A DNA stretch of 63,223 nt, counting the filler, from Lenisia limosa (taxonomy: Eukaryota > Protista > Breviatea), in NCBI GenBank assembly GCA_001655205.1. It is 6 parts of 6 records of this genome, joined end to end, with 100 filler letters (N's around TTAATTAATTAA, not from the genome) between each part and the next. Parts side by side here need not be neighbours in the genome. Positions count along the whole stretch, not along the records: positions 15,773 to 39,584 come from LPNZ01005501.1; positions 39,685 to 47,207 come from LPNZ01007542.1; positions 47,308 to 58,171 come from LPNZ01006510.1; 3 more parts are not named here. One strand, written 5' to 3'. Below the pieces are notes generated by a model, which was given only the letters and a program-made list of their open reading frames with translations, was not told the DNA's origin and searched no databases. Below, one piece after another: positions 35,209 to 47,392 of this stretch. Made by a program: the position numbers and the translations under genes. How positions within the stretch are numbered: the first letter of the stretch is position 1; each line of letters opens with the position of its first letter.

Positions 35209-38200
35209 ATGGCTTCCATAGAGGTGTTTCAGAAGGCATTCAAAGGAGATCTCCAGGGTGTTCTTCAGCTTTTTGTTGAAAAGAAAGCTTCTATCGCTGA
35301 TGTCGATCCTTTACAGGTATTTAACTGCTTAACCATGCTAAATATCTGAAACCTATGACATTTTAGGGCTCCACTGCCCTTCATTGGGCTTCAGGAGGAG
35401 GGCAATTGGCAGTTGTTAATGCTCTTCTCAAACTAAAATCAAACGTTAGAGCAGTCAACCAGGAAGGTAACTCACCATTGCATTTGGCTTGTAAGTCCAA
35501 CCATGGCATTGTTGCAAAAACCTTAATTGAAAATGGTGCCGATCCTCAACAGAAAAACAATGCTGGTCAACTGCCTTCAGATCTTCTCAAAAGTTGGTGA
35601 TTGATTGCACCAATTGATTGCTTGCTGGTTCTTAATATTATTGATTGTTAATTTCTCATTGTATTTAGTTGCATTAGAGCGACTCAGAGATGAAGGTCTG
35701 TTGAATTCGTCTAGCGTTCCAACCCTAACTTCCTTTCTTTGCCCCTCTTCTGTTTCTTTTATGGTTGTCTTTTTATGAACGTAGGATCATCCAGTGAAGA
35801 AGGAAGCAGTGAAGAGGAGTCTGAGTCTGAGGGTTCATCAGAGGAAAGTGAAAGTGAAAGCGAAGAGGAGGAGTCTTCTGAGGAGGAGAGTGAAGAAGAG
35901 GACGGTGAACAAGCTGACGCTGACACAGGCAGGAAGGAAATTACTTCTACTACTGAAGATAAGAAGCCAGTTGAATTGGTGAAAACTGAAAAGGAAAAGG
36001 AGGAAGAAAAAGAGGAAGAAGGTCAGCTAGTTGAAAGGAAAGATGATGAAAGTGAAAAAAAAGCGGAAGAAGAAAAGAAAGATACCACAGTCGAAGAAAG
36101 CCTCAAGAAAGAAGAAGAAGAAGAACAAAAGAAAGAGAAAGAAGAAGAGAAACAGATCAATAAGATAGAGGTTTCCGATCGTTTGGAGGAATTGGTGATT
36201 GAGACCGAAAAACCGAAGCTGACCAAGAAGGTGAAGAGCAAAAAGACTATCACTACTACTGTGACTGTTAAGAAGAAGAAGAAGAAGGAGATGTGGGTTT
36301 CCTGATTTTAGTTGCCCTCTCTGATTCCTTTTAGTGTCACCCCTCCTGCCAACGACGTTTCTGGTGATCTAATTGTAAGCTTTACCCAATATCGAGCACC
36401 CCCTCACTGTTTTAGCTCCGCGTCCGTCTGATCGACAACAGTAGAAAGGTTACCAAGGGCAAAACCCTTTCCTACTCTCCACAAGCTCTCATTCAAGACG
36501 TTCTCCAGGTAAATAAAATATGCTGAATAAACAAGCCTTTCAGTGTATTGAAAGAGTTGCTCGTTCTCATTTTCAAATCCACCTAAATTGTCAGTTGCCT
36601 TTTTTACTATTCAGGACCTTGCCCACCGCTTTGAGCTTATGTCATTTGGAGACTGGGGGCTATTCATGTGGCCTGATGAAGGAGAGACTCACCGTGGCGA
36701 ATGGCTTGATCCCCTGTTGACCCTCGGCACTTATTCGGTTTGAAAGCAAGTACCTTGACCATTTAACGAAAATGAATAAGTAGAAGTGAGAAATTGGAAG
36801 TCAGACCATCTGTCTAAATAGTATATGCCTTTCAGCTTCATGTAACATCTTACTGTGTGAAATGAATAGCACACAGATATTGGATGACTTTCCATCAGCT
36901 AGTGCACCGCTCTCAGGCTCTCGAGTTCCGGACACGATTCCGTCCCGTCATCCTGCAGTCCACCGGAACAGCTTTTGGAAGGAAAACGGTGTTGTACGAC
37001 GACTCTGCTCCCACAGGCCAACTCATTGAGGGTCTTGCGTCGGAAATAGGTTGGCTCAGTGTTATGTTGTTTATTGCTGTTGAATACATCGCTCGTAACA
37101 GATTAGATATGCCATCACTTTCCGCAAAGGTTGCAAACTACGAAGGTGAAATGAACCATGTGGGTTCCTATTTTGGTTGCTATTTTATGATGAATCAAGT
37201 CAAGGTCCTTTTTTTTTGTCCGCTAGACCAACCCTTGTAGGTCTTCCTTGACCCACGGCGTACCCTGAGGTCGCAAACCTTCAGTGGTGATATTGAACTT
37301 CGTGCTATTTCGTCTTCAGCCCGTGGAGGCTTTGGGGCACTTGCTGGTGGGTGCTAAACTGTGATAATGATAGTATATCCTTTTTTTTCTTCTTTGAAGA
37401 GAGGAAAGTAACCTTCATTTACTGGTTTTTCAGATTATGCAGTTGAAACCCCCAAGGGTTTCTACGCTCTATATGTTGCCAAACCAGTTGCACAGTCCTT
37501 CGTCAGAATCAGGAAGAAGAAGAAGTTTGGGTGGTTTGGTTGATGCTACTTGGTTCTTCTTCATTTATGTTTTACCCTCCAGGTCTCTGAAAGCTATCAA
37601 ACGTCGCTTTGCTGTTCTGGATGGAAATGTTCTTTCACTCTTCCACTCAGAGAAAGTGGGTATTCTCATTTTTTTGTTTTTTGGGCTTCCAAAAATGTTG
37701 TAAATGTTCTCCTTTTATAAATGATCATATTTTCAAATATCCTCCAACCCTCATTGCCGCAGAAGCAAAACATGGATAGTGCCTTGACCATCCGTATGGA
37801 AACGTTGACTGACACTGCTGTGCTTCCCCCTGATGACCCGCGTGTTTCTGCACTGAACAAAAAGTTCCACTCGTGAGTGCAATTTTAAGTTTAATGAGAA
37901 CAATCGTTAACCACACGGGTTTCCCTTCTTCCTGAGAGTTTCTTGACATTAACAACATTCACCAGATCAGATGTTATTTTTTTAATATTATTTGCCTTTA
38001 GAACCTGCCTGGAGCTGACGACATCACGAAATGCGTTCCTATTTGTGACTGAGAGTCGAGACGATGTTTTCCTTTGGCTTGGTTTGCAATGGATAAATGG
38101 ATGCAATACTGTGAGAATCAATATGATGGGTATTGGATGAGACCGCTGTTTACCACAAAGATGTCCTTCAAACTGCACGCAGAAGTTATGCAGACAACCC

Positions 38201-39570
38201 ATCTTTCTGGGCAACTAGGTTAGTTGAGAATCCAAGACTCTGATATAGTTTATATGATGTATTATACACAGATGATATGATATATGAAACGCATAATGGA
38301 ATCCTTTTTTGTTTTGCGCCGTTTACACCTAAATGTAATTATTTGACTGATGCACTTACCGCCCATGATCACCCTAGACGTGATGCACACAACGACAGTG
38401 AATCGGAGGAGGAAGTGGAAGAAGAACAGGAGATTGAGGTGGATACTGAAGAGGAGGTTGAAATCGAAGACGACACTCCTTTGAGTAGGTTTTTTCTCTT
38501 CCTTCCTTCATGTTTTTTTTTTTTTTTTTTTTTTTNNNNNNNNNNNNNNNNNNNNNNNNNNNNNNNNNNNNNNNNNNNNNNNNNNNNNNNNNNNNNNNNN
38601 NNNNNNNNNTTTCACACACATAGTCATTTTTTTACACATGTTTGTACATATTTTCATTATTTGTTAGTATACACTGAAGTTGACATTTTCCACCTCGCTT
38701 TGTATTACATTATGCCTCACGACTCAGCCCCAGTTAAGGCAGCCGTGTCGGCACCGATTACTCCGAAACGCACCCCTGTTCGCCCCAAACGCACAGTAGG
38801 ATTGCTGTTCCTTGGTAACAAAAAGACTGCAGCTACTCACCATGTTTAGCAAAACAAGAGGAGACCTGGTGCTCGTTCAGGCCCCGCCGTATCTGACCAG
38901 CCAGCTGTACAAGATGACTCTTTCAAGAACTACTCTGAAGACGATGTTGTTTGTGGGGCTATTGACTTTAATACTGAAAGCTGTACAACTAAAATATATA
39001 TATAGTACATGTATATAATACACTTCTTGAGTTTCGGTGTTGCCTTGTTGACCCCTACCACAGGCTCGAAATGCCAGTGTGGAAAGCGTATTCAACGGCA
39101 TGTATGAGAAGGACCCTTCTTTCCGTTGGCTCTCTCCTTTGGACGTTTATTCCTCCAACTTCGCAAAACTGGCCCAGGTAGTTATAATCGCTTCTTATCG
39201 ATTGTTTTTTTTTTTTTTNNNNNNNNNNNNNNNNNNNNNNNNNNNNNNNNNNNNNNNNNNNNNNNNNNNNNNNNNNNNNNNNNNNNNNNNNNNNNNNNNN
39301 NNNNNNNNNNNNNNNNNNNNNNTTATTCATCTGAAAATTAATGTATTCAGACGGGCTTTGCTCTGACCTCGGTTCTCAACTACGCCTACCCAAGTACCGT
39401 GGATGAGCGCGTACTCCACAGACCTCCCAAAAACGGTATGCTTATTTTTTGTCAAGGTTGTTAATATGTTTTCTCACTTGCCAGCCCTTTCTCTCTCCCT
39501 TGCCTCTTGCCAGTCCAACCTGAGAACCGGTATTGCTGCTGCCTTCACTGCGTGTTTGCCCTCAGACTCC
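35209..39570 (+). CDS. Multidomain cytoskeletal protein: ankyrin repeats, acidic/Lys-rich spacer, talin F0/F1-like ubiquitin folds, PH, acidic spacer, CH domain (cut by linker)
   Basis: Ankyrin: GSTALHWAS, GNSPLHLAC. Talin-head-like: WGLFMWPDEG..GEWLDP..TL and LEFRTRFRPV..KTVLYDDS. PH: IKRRFAVLDGNVLSLF..FLFVTESRDDVFLW. Fimbrin-like CH: GFALTSVLNYAYPSTVDERV..NL. Confidence 0.75.
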
Positions 39571-39694
39571 GTGGGGGGGGGGGGNNNNNNNNNNNNNNNN
39601 NNNNNNNNNNNNNNNNNNNNNNNNNNNNTTAATTAATTAANNNNNNNNNNNNNNNNNNNNNNNNNNNNNNNNNNNNNNNNNNNNGTATTATTAT

Positions 39695-39793
39695 TAGGGC
39701 TTCACTTCGGTTCGAAAAAAGACCAAAATTGTTGATAAATCCTCGAAAACTATCGATATTTTACTGGATTTTTTGAACCGAAGTGAAGCCCTA
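39695..39793. mobile_element. hAT-type MITE family A
   Basis: Full-length, near-perfect TIRs. Confidence 0.85.
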
Positions 39794-39989
39794 ATTATTT
39801 ATAATAATAAAAGACTGCGGGGGGGAGGGGTGACAAAGGAAATGTCGATGAAAGGGGGCAGGGGTACTATTATGAAGCTGAATCATAAATTAATCCCTTC
39901 ATTCTATACAACTGTTCATTTATAATAAAAAAAGCTGCTGGACCAAAAACGATAATAAAAAAAGGGTTCTGACCCGAACTTTACAGTTT

Positions 39990-42900
39990 AAGTGCAGAAA
40001 TGGATTTGCCATTTGCATGCCCCCCCCCCCCCCNNNNNNNNNNNNNNNNNNNNNNNNNNNNNNNNNNNNNNNNNNNNNNNNNNNNNNNNNNNNNNNNNNN
40101 NNNNNNNNNNNNNNNNNNNNNGCGATGAGAATCACAAACCGACAGAGGTACAGGTACTGAAACGTCAGAGAACAAAGATGCAAAGGATGAAATGCGAAAA
40201 GTTGTATCGCCCTGAAATCCAACACACTTCCATTTTGGATGGCAACGGAGACCCACAAACGTTTCCAGGGGGGAGGAGAACGGTGAAGAGGATGGTTACA
40301 AAAGGCGCTGCGTAAGCAATGAAGGTTTGAAGAACCTGGGGGAGTGAGGAGCTTGGGATGGAAACTTTGAGGACATAGAGAACACAAGACGAAAACAAGG
40401 CGTATGATTTATTATTTCATACTGTCTGATATGGAGAGATGCGAAATAAATATTGGTAGTTTCTGGCCGGAAAACGTACACACCAGCAAGCTAAAAAGAG
40501 ACATTGGATTACAAGTAAAAATATAGTGTAAATAAGAAAACAATTACATGTAGTATATACGCTCTACCAGAACAGCGTTATTTCCCCAATCCTCGTCCAT
40601 CCAGACCTTGTTTTCTTCCCAAAACGCAGCCTGGAACTCCTGCTCGATAGCAAAGGGGCTCTGTGCTTTTCGCTTCCTCAAGGGCGGCTGATTCGATTTT
40701 GCACTAAACACCGTAAGACTCCACGGTTGTTATTTTCCTAAAAATAGCCGAATTTCTCCATAAATTCTTGATTGATATCGGTATATCCTGTTGGCTTTGG
40801 TTGTGTTTATCTGTGTGTCCATATGCAATACAGGCATACCTAGGGCCTCCCTTCGATCCCAAAAAAGACTGAATTCCTCGATATATCCTCGATAATTATC
40901 GATATTTCACCGGTCTTTTTCGGACCTTAGGGAAGCCCTAGGCATACCTGATGAAGGGATCTTCGTAAGACGCTTGGAAAGACCTAAAACTAATGAAAAG
41001 AAACTTAAAAATCGACAGTTTGCTTGGAATAAGAGAAAAGCGTCACAGATAGCGCAAAAGGCATTGTAACAGAGATAAGTAAACAAATCAGACAAAAATG
41101 CACAACATAAATCGGGTGAAAGTTTCAAAAATCCACACAATCCTCCTTCCCACCTTTGGCTCGGAGTTGAGATCATGGTGGTTGGCGTCGTCGAAAGATA
41201 GGCAGTAGGAAGTTTGGTCCGTTGAAACGTTTCGGCTGGAAGGCGCAGCGGAGGTATGCGATGCTGGAATCGCGTCCCGATGCTGCCAAGCTGGATGATG
41301 TTAAACAGTAAGTTATTGAACAGTGTTTGTATGACATTTGACAGTATATGATATGATACTAAACATGGCACTAATACTTCGATATTACTAGGTTATCTAA
41401 CTAATCTATTTTTATGTGTATATTTTTATGTGTCAATTTTATTCAATGATTATTGTTAGCCCACCTCCAGGCCTGTGACTGCATAGGCATGATATGGCAA
41501 AATGGAGTTCTTTGGCTTTGACAACCGGGTGAGCTCGGAAGAGAAAGGAGCAGCCTGCAGTGTGAATGAGGTGGAAAGGACTGGAAAGAGAAACTGTTAT
41601 ACCCTATATGATTATATGTTTAATCGATTCCGTTTCATAATCTCCCTTTCCCCAAGCATGTCATTCACCCTTTCCCCAACCATGTCATTCACCCTTTCCC
41701 CAAGCATGTCATTTTCGCGTTCATCCATTCGGTGACCATAGATAACCATATCCTACAACGTAAGAGAAAGGGTCAAAAACAATGGGGGATGGGGGGGGGT
41801 AATAGTGGAAAATTATGAAACAAAAAAGACCAAATCAAATCTGTTGGCTGACAACACGAAGCACCATCCCATCAATGGGAGGAATCAATAAAACCTCCTA
41901 TTTAAGTAAACGCCCGCACACCAAAACAACATCATCATCCGAAGCATCGCTCCACTCTTCATCGGAGTTGTCATCGAACAATTCATTGCCCATAGCCTTG
42001 ATTTCCATTGACTCTGATGTGATCTAAAGAGTGACAATTAGGGTTTCCCTTCAGTTTGAAAACGTTTATCCAGAAATTTAGTCTTTTTCGAACCGAAGGG
42101 TAACTCTAGTGACAATGGAAGGCTGGGTGACGTGTACAAGACCGCCACCATAATACACCACCTTGGTAGATATAAAATATCATATGATATGATATGAATA
42201 ATACCCCCGCACCTTGGACGAGACAGCAGACCACACGGGGCGGCTGAGGGACTTCCAGTGGGCTTCACCCAAATAGGAGCAGGAGAAGTTGTAATGCGGG
42301 CTGTAGAGGTACTTGACGTGCCGGGTCGGAACCCTGGGCATAGGAATGTCTGCCACCACTACAGGGTCAGAATTGCCCATGGGTCAGAATCATGTATGTG
42401 GTGAACTCTCTTCTCCTTCAATATATATGCAATATGATACAATGTTATACCATGTGATGCTGCTCCAAAGAGCCCCATATACTCCATTAGTCCTTGATAA
42501 ATCCCCTGTTTTTGTCGCAGCTGGCCAAAGAAAGCCCACCAGGGGGGTCTCCGGAGTAGATCGGAGTAGCGGAAATGTCATTGGTTCGGACATGGTTGGA
42601 GCAGAGAATGGACGAAACAATCTGGCGGGATGAAAAAATAACAGGGTGACTATATAGCAATGAGAAATAAAAAAAGGTTGTACCTAGCCGAAACTGTCCA
42701 CGCTCATAAGAGTTATTATATTGGATTTTAGTAGAGTATTAATTATAACTCTGTGCACAGCTTTCTGCGTGCCTCCAGATGACTAGTCAAGAATATTGAA
42801 ATGGATGGGACAATAATAAAGAATATAATCTTAAATCGAGGTAAAGCTCATGCTATTATGTAATTTAGTCGTTATCTCACCTCCTCAGAAAGTTGGAAGT

Positions 42901-45900
42901 ATTTATCCTGACTGGAGAGCTGAGGTCTAGTTTCGCGTGTTGAGAGAACCGTCACAGATCTTAAGAGTGAGGTGGTAGTGTGGACACTAGGGCTTCACTA
43001 CAGTTCCAAAAGACTAAATCTCTCGGTAAATCCTCCATAAATATTGATATTTAAGCGGTCTTTTTTGGACCGCAGGGAAGCCCTAGTTGACACGAAGAGT
43101 TCAATAATTAACATGCAAAAGAAGAGACGATCCCTTACCGAGCTGAAACGATTCGAGGGGAGGCGACAGACTTGGCCGAGCGAGCGGATAAGGCCGAATG
43201 GACGCTGAGAACAGAGTATGAGGGTTGGAGGTTGTTGTCGTTTGAGGTTGACGGTGCTAAGACCCTGGATGGTGAGGCGTGGTTGCGTTGGGTACAGGCG
43301 TATATTGGTAGGATTGAGTACCATAGATTAAGAAGCAAATAGATATTACAAATGATAGTAGTACCATGTTGGGATCCAGAATAAAAAACCAGAGCAGACC
43401 TTGCGGGTGTGGAAGCCAGGTATGAGGCATAGTCACGTGACGAACCGTGGAGATACCATGAAAGCGTGTGGAGATCTGAAGAGGTGAGTACACTGATAAA
43501 AAAAGCCGTCCACAGAGAGATAATAAACCAAGCCGTCCACACCATCACATTAATGAGAAATAATAAACCAAGCCGTCTACACCATCACATTAATGAGAGC
43601 TAATAAACCAAGCCGTCCACACCATCATATTAATGAGAGATAATAAACCAAGCCGTCCACACCATATATTTATCAGAGATACCAACCGTATTTACAACTC
43701 CGTTCACAACGCCCAAATAGAATTGCTATATAATAATCCAAATACTCATCCCACTTTCCATTAGAATTCAATTACAACTAGGGTTTCACTTCCGTTCGGA
43801 AAAAGATTTCCCGAAAAATCCTCAAAAAAAAACGTTTTATTAATGGCCTTTTTTTGAACCGAAGTGAAGCCCTATTTACAACACACTATAACAACTATTA
43901 CTTAATACGGTCGACCTCATAATAACCATGAGTCAGGAATTAACACATTATCGGTGTTTTACCCACTCAGCAATCCCGTCACGGCGGAGCCCATATTGGC
44001 ACCCATTTGAACGCTGACATCAAGATCGGAGCAGACTGACAGGATATTGGACCCCAACGTGACAATGGAAATGGCCCCGACAGTACTGGGGTGCTACAAG
44101 TGGTGAGCAATCGTCTTAGGCGGCATGATGCAATAAAAAATATAGCAATGAGAAATACAAAATATGGCTGTTTCTGGCTGAAGCCGTCCACACCATCACG
44201 CTTAAAAGAGATATTGGATAATAGTATAATAATAATACACCAATCATTTACCCTACAACCCTGTACCCACAGCTTTCTGAGTGCTCCCTCAGCATGCAAT
44301 AAAATACAAATGAAATATTTCTTTCCCAGATTCTTGGGCCAAAAGTGAAGCCATTCAAGCCATTTAAAGCTTGGGAGGGTTTAAGGCTTTTTTGGCCCAA
44401 TGTCAAGCCCAAAAGTTTCGAACCTCAGTAGTGCTACGACTACTACGCATCGAGACCGGTGAAAACACGGATGCCTAAAACGTCAGAAAAGTCCCAGGAG
44501 CTCCGTGTAAACAATTGAGAAAATAATTTGGAATAAAAGTGCTTCACTGTAGTCCCAAAAGAGCCTGTAATCTCAATTAATTCGATTCTTTATTCGGACT
44601 GGAGTGACTTCCTCAAAGCCCAGAACGTACTTCTTTTGCTAAAACCTCATCATCCTTCAAGTCGGAAATGATCACCATCTGGTCTTCAATTTGATCAAGT
44701 TTGAAACTAAGTGGTTAACCAGAAGAAATCAAATACCATACCAGACTGTTCAGATTAAAAACTACAACATTATATCAATGAGAAAAAACTGGCTGGGATA
44801 AGTCTTGACCTCTTTTCTCTTTGATTGTTTCCCAAGAAAAATTGGTCAAGACTTATCCCAGTCACTGTATAGCAGCTATATGATATATAATATCGATAAA
44901 ATATATACATACCTGATATACTAAATTACTATGACGGCTACGGTAAGATACTTCCTGTTTTTATTAAATATCATAGTAATAGTTATGTACTTCATATGAT
45001 AACCGCATGACTGAAATTTCTGAAGGGGAAAAGAAAGGCGCAAACCATTTATGCTGAATGGTCTGAGAATCAATGCTACTAATAAGGGAAGCGGCTAGCT
45101 TGACAATCTAAAGAGGTGAGGGCCGAAGCTCAGGGGGTCTAATAATTAGGGCTTCACTTCAATCCAGAAAATGACTGAATTTCTCGATAAATCATCGATT
45201 TATTTCGATAGTTTGCCGATGACTGAGTGAAGCCCTACTAATGATGCACATCAAAGGATTATCCAGTCCAAAAAAACCAACTTCATCTATCAATCCTGAT
45301 TAATATCTCAGATGCCCACCCCCCAACCTCAGCAGGATGACTGCTTTCGCTATTCAAAATATTCACCTAAAAGATAAGCAAGGGGAAGGTTTACAGTAAT
45401 AGTTAAGAAAGCTTCAAATGCCTCCTCCAAAATAAAAAAAAAACATCCGGCAAAATATTGCAAGTATATCATGAGTAAGTATCAAGGGTAGTATATCGAG
45501 CGGCCAAGTAAATCATTTGAAAGAAGAGAAGAAGTAAAGCATTTGAAAGAAGCAAAGACGGCCCACATGGATGACCAAGATGCTGATGTACGGAAATCGC
45601 TCGCCTTGGACATTCTTGCCCCCAGTCTGAAATATGAATTGAGCATTTTTATTGATCAAAGACCTTGTTTATTCTATTAAAGCACTACAGTATTGGGGTT
45701 AAACAAAGGATATCTCGAGGATAGAAAGAATCCTATCCGCCTTACATCTCTCAAAGACTGCACAACTCGAGGAGGTAGAAGGTCATTTATGAATTGTTCT
45801 GACACGTCAATGATAGTTAAACAGAAAAACAAACCTTGTCTACAGTAGAATTGACCATGGCTTACCTAGTTTGCCAATTTGGTTCTCCAATTGGTACTGA

Positions 45901-47010
45901 GAAGTAGTATCCCTCTATACAAGTTACATAATATGTAAAAAAACGAAATTATCAGAGTCGTACACACCATCACGAGATATTGATTATGAATGCCATTCAA
46001 CCCAATCCAGTGCTTGTGAACAAAGATTGCGTGCTGAAGAGCCTTCACCAGCCCCATACCACAATCTTGAGGTCTCTTTCGTAGTGCAGAAAGGGAATGG
46101 AGAAGATGACGATAACATTGAAAATAATCTCGTTCCTAAAGGGTGAGCGCTATATACGTACTCACATATGATATGATATGATCCTTTGTATTTGTAAAAT
46201 ACGCATATTAAACATTTGAAATGAGATCCCTTCAGCTTAACATATCAATACATCATAATATAAATACGAAACAAAAACCACCGCGAAGCAGCGCAATACT
46301 ACCCATCAATCGATTGAAAAATGATGACTATCTCCTGTGCCCTTCTCACATATGAATGTGGCTATGATGGAGGGCAAGGCCATGTACGACGATGGCGGCC
46401 GCAACCTCGATAACAAGCTGGTGCATCATTGTAATGTTGTGGAAGGACACTAGAAAGGTGAAACAGTCTAGTTTGTAGTAAAGCTGTCAATCTTATGTTA
46501 CCCAAAACAGCCAAGGGACTGCTCTTACTTATTATCAACAGAGAAAACACACAAAATTATATGTTGCAGTAAAGGTCATACATATAATTTTCCAAGGTTA
46601 ATATTCTTTCATAACTAGAAACACATAAGAGAATATTTTATATGATAAGATATGATTTGAATTTTTAAGCTCAGAATGATAGTGAAAATCTGTATGATTA
46701 GGGCTTCACTTCGGTTCGAAAAAACCCGTGAAAATATCGATAGTTTTCAAGGATTAGCGAGAAATTCTTTTTTTTTTTGAAGCCCTATGTACGATAAATC
46801 CCGATATTCTATTTGACCATTCGGCCAGAGAAACCCTACCATTAATAAGACTAGTTACCCCGAATAGACAGAAGATATAATCATTGTCAAAGTACATGGC
46901 GTCAAGCGAGTGGGCAATGGCTAGCAGGATGCCATATGAACGAGAGCGGAATGAAAGAGTGAAAAAGCTCTTCCAGGCGAAGATGCTGCAACTAAACACG
47001 TGAGGGTGAA
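39990..47010 (-). CDS. Membrane class III adenylyl/guanylyl cyclase-like protein with degenerate catalytic domain (both ends cut by linkers)
   Basis: TM exons, then EQFINDLLPPRVVQSLR, GERFPYISILVIHV, CFKLDQIEDQMVIIS, VQMGANMGSAVTGLL and WYLHGSSRDYASYLAST, colinear with the class III cyclase fold. Further hydrophobic exons occur near 40165-40340. Exon phasing after the cyclase domain is unresolved. Confidence 0.7.
40841..40940. mobile_element. hAT-type MITE family A (A2)
   Basis: 100 bp with perfect 8-bp TSD ggcatacc. Confidence 0.9.
41645..41712. repeat. 21-bp tandem repeat x3
   Basis: CCCTTTCCCCAAGCATGTCATTCA-like units. Confidence 0.9.
42039..42108. mobile_element. hAT-type MITE family A, internally deleted
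   Basis: Perfect TSD gtgacaat. Confidence 0.8.
42988..43085. mobile_element. hAT-type MITE family A (mixed A1/A2 ends)
   Basis: TSD gtggacac/gttgacac. Confidence 0.8.
43521..43665. repeat. Tandem array of about 3.6 x 40-bp units derived from family C
   Basis: Unit TAATAAACCAAGCCGTCCACACCATCACATTAATGAGARA at 43521, 43561, 43601 and 43641. Confidence 0.95.
43779..43874. mobile_element. hAT-type MITE family A
   Basis: TSD attacaac/tttacaac. Confidence 0.8.
44141..44300 (-). repeat. Interspersed repeat family C, representative copy. Others at about 484, 5372, 7865, 9944, 10487, 12722, 40436, 42651, 48338, 51648, 54677, 56965, 59751 and 61937
   Basis: Consensus ...AATATCTCTWTTAAGCGTGATGGTGTGGACGGCTTCGGCCAGATACAACCTTGTTTTATTTCTCATTGCTATA. 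No TIR or TSD. Confidence 0.85.
44787..44867. mobile_element. Tc1/mariner-type MITE family B
   Basis: Same TIRs; left end decayed. Confidence 0.75.
45147..45237. mobile_element. hAT-type MITE family A
   Basis: TSD ctaataat/ctaatgat. Confidence 0.8.
46699..46787. mobile_element. hAT-type MITE family A
   Basis: TSD tgtatgat/tgtacgat. Confidence 0.8.
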
Positions 47011-47392
47011 CAAGACCCTTCCAAGCCCCACAAAGCCACACAGAAGTCCTACAGAGCCTGACAGAGCCAAGTCCCACAGATCCCCATATATCCCCTTTAT
47101 ATATAGGACCACCTCCAGCATCTTACGACCCCCCTCCCCCCAGTACTAAGGGCTTCACTTCGGTTCAAAAATAGACTGAATTTCTCGATAAATCTTCGAA
47201 AATCATCNNNNNNNNNNNNNNNNNNNNNNNNNNNNNNNNNNNNNNNNNNNNTTAATTAATTAANNNNNNNNNNNNNNNNNNNNNNNNNNNNNNNNNNNNN
47301 NNNNNNNCCCCCCCCCCCCCACCACCATTGTCCTGAACTCTCAACTTTCAACTTTTACGGACTGATCAAATTGATACCAGTCGCATATTTTC

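Noticed and set aside
35739-36305. Independent acidic ORF or low-complexity gene
   Set aside because: It is an internal exon of the ankyrin-PH-CH gene, bounded by AG and GT.
36741-36743. In-frame TGA in the ankyrin-PH gene suggesting codon reassignment
   Set aside because: A GT donor at 36738 removes it. All well-conserved genes translate with the standard code and end in normal stops.
43521-43665. CRISPR-like regularly spaced repeats
   Set aside because: Whole 40-bp units are repeated with no unique spacers, the array is inside a eukaryotic intron, and there are no cas genes.
44180-44200. Family C as a box C/D snoRNA
   Set aside because: GTGATGG only resembles box C, and no conserved CTGA box D or terminal stem is seen.
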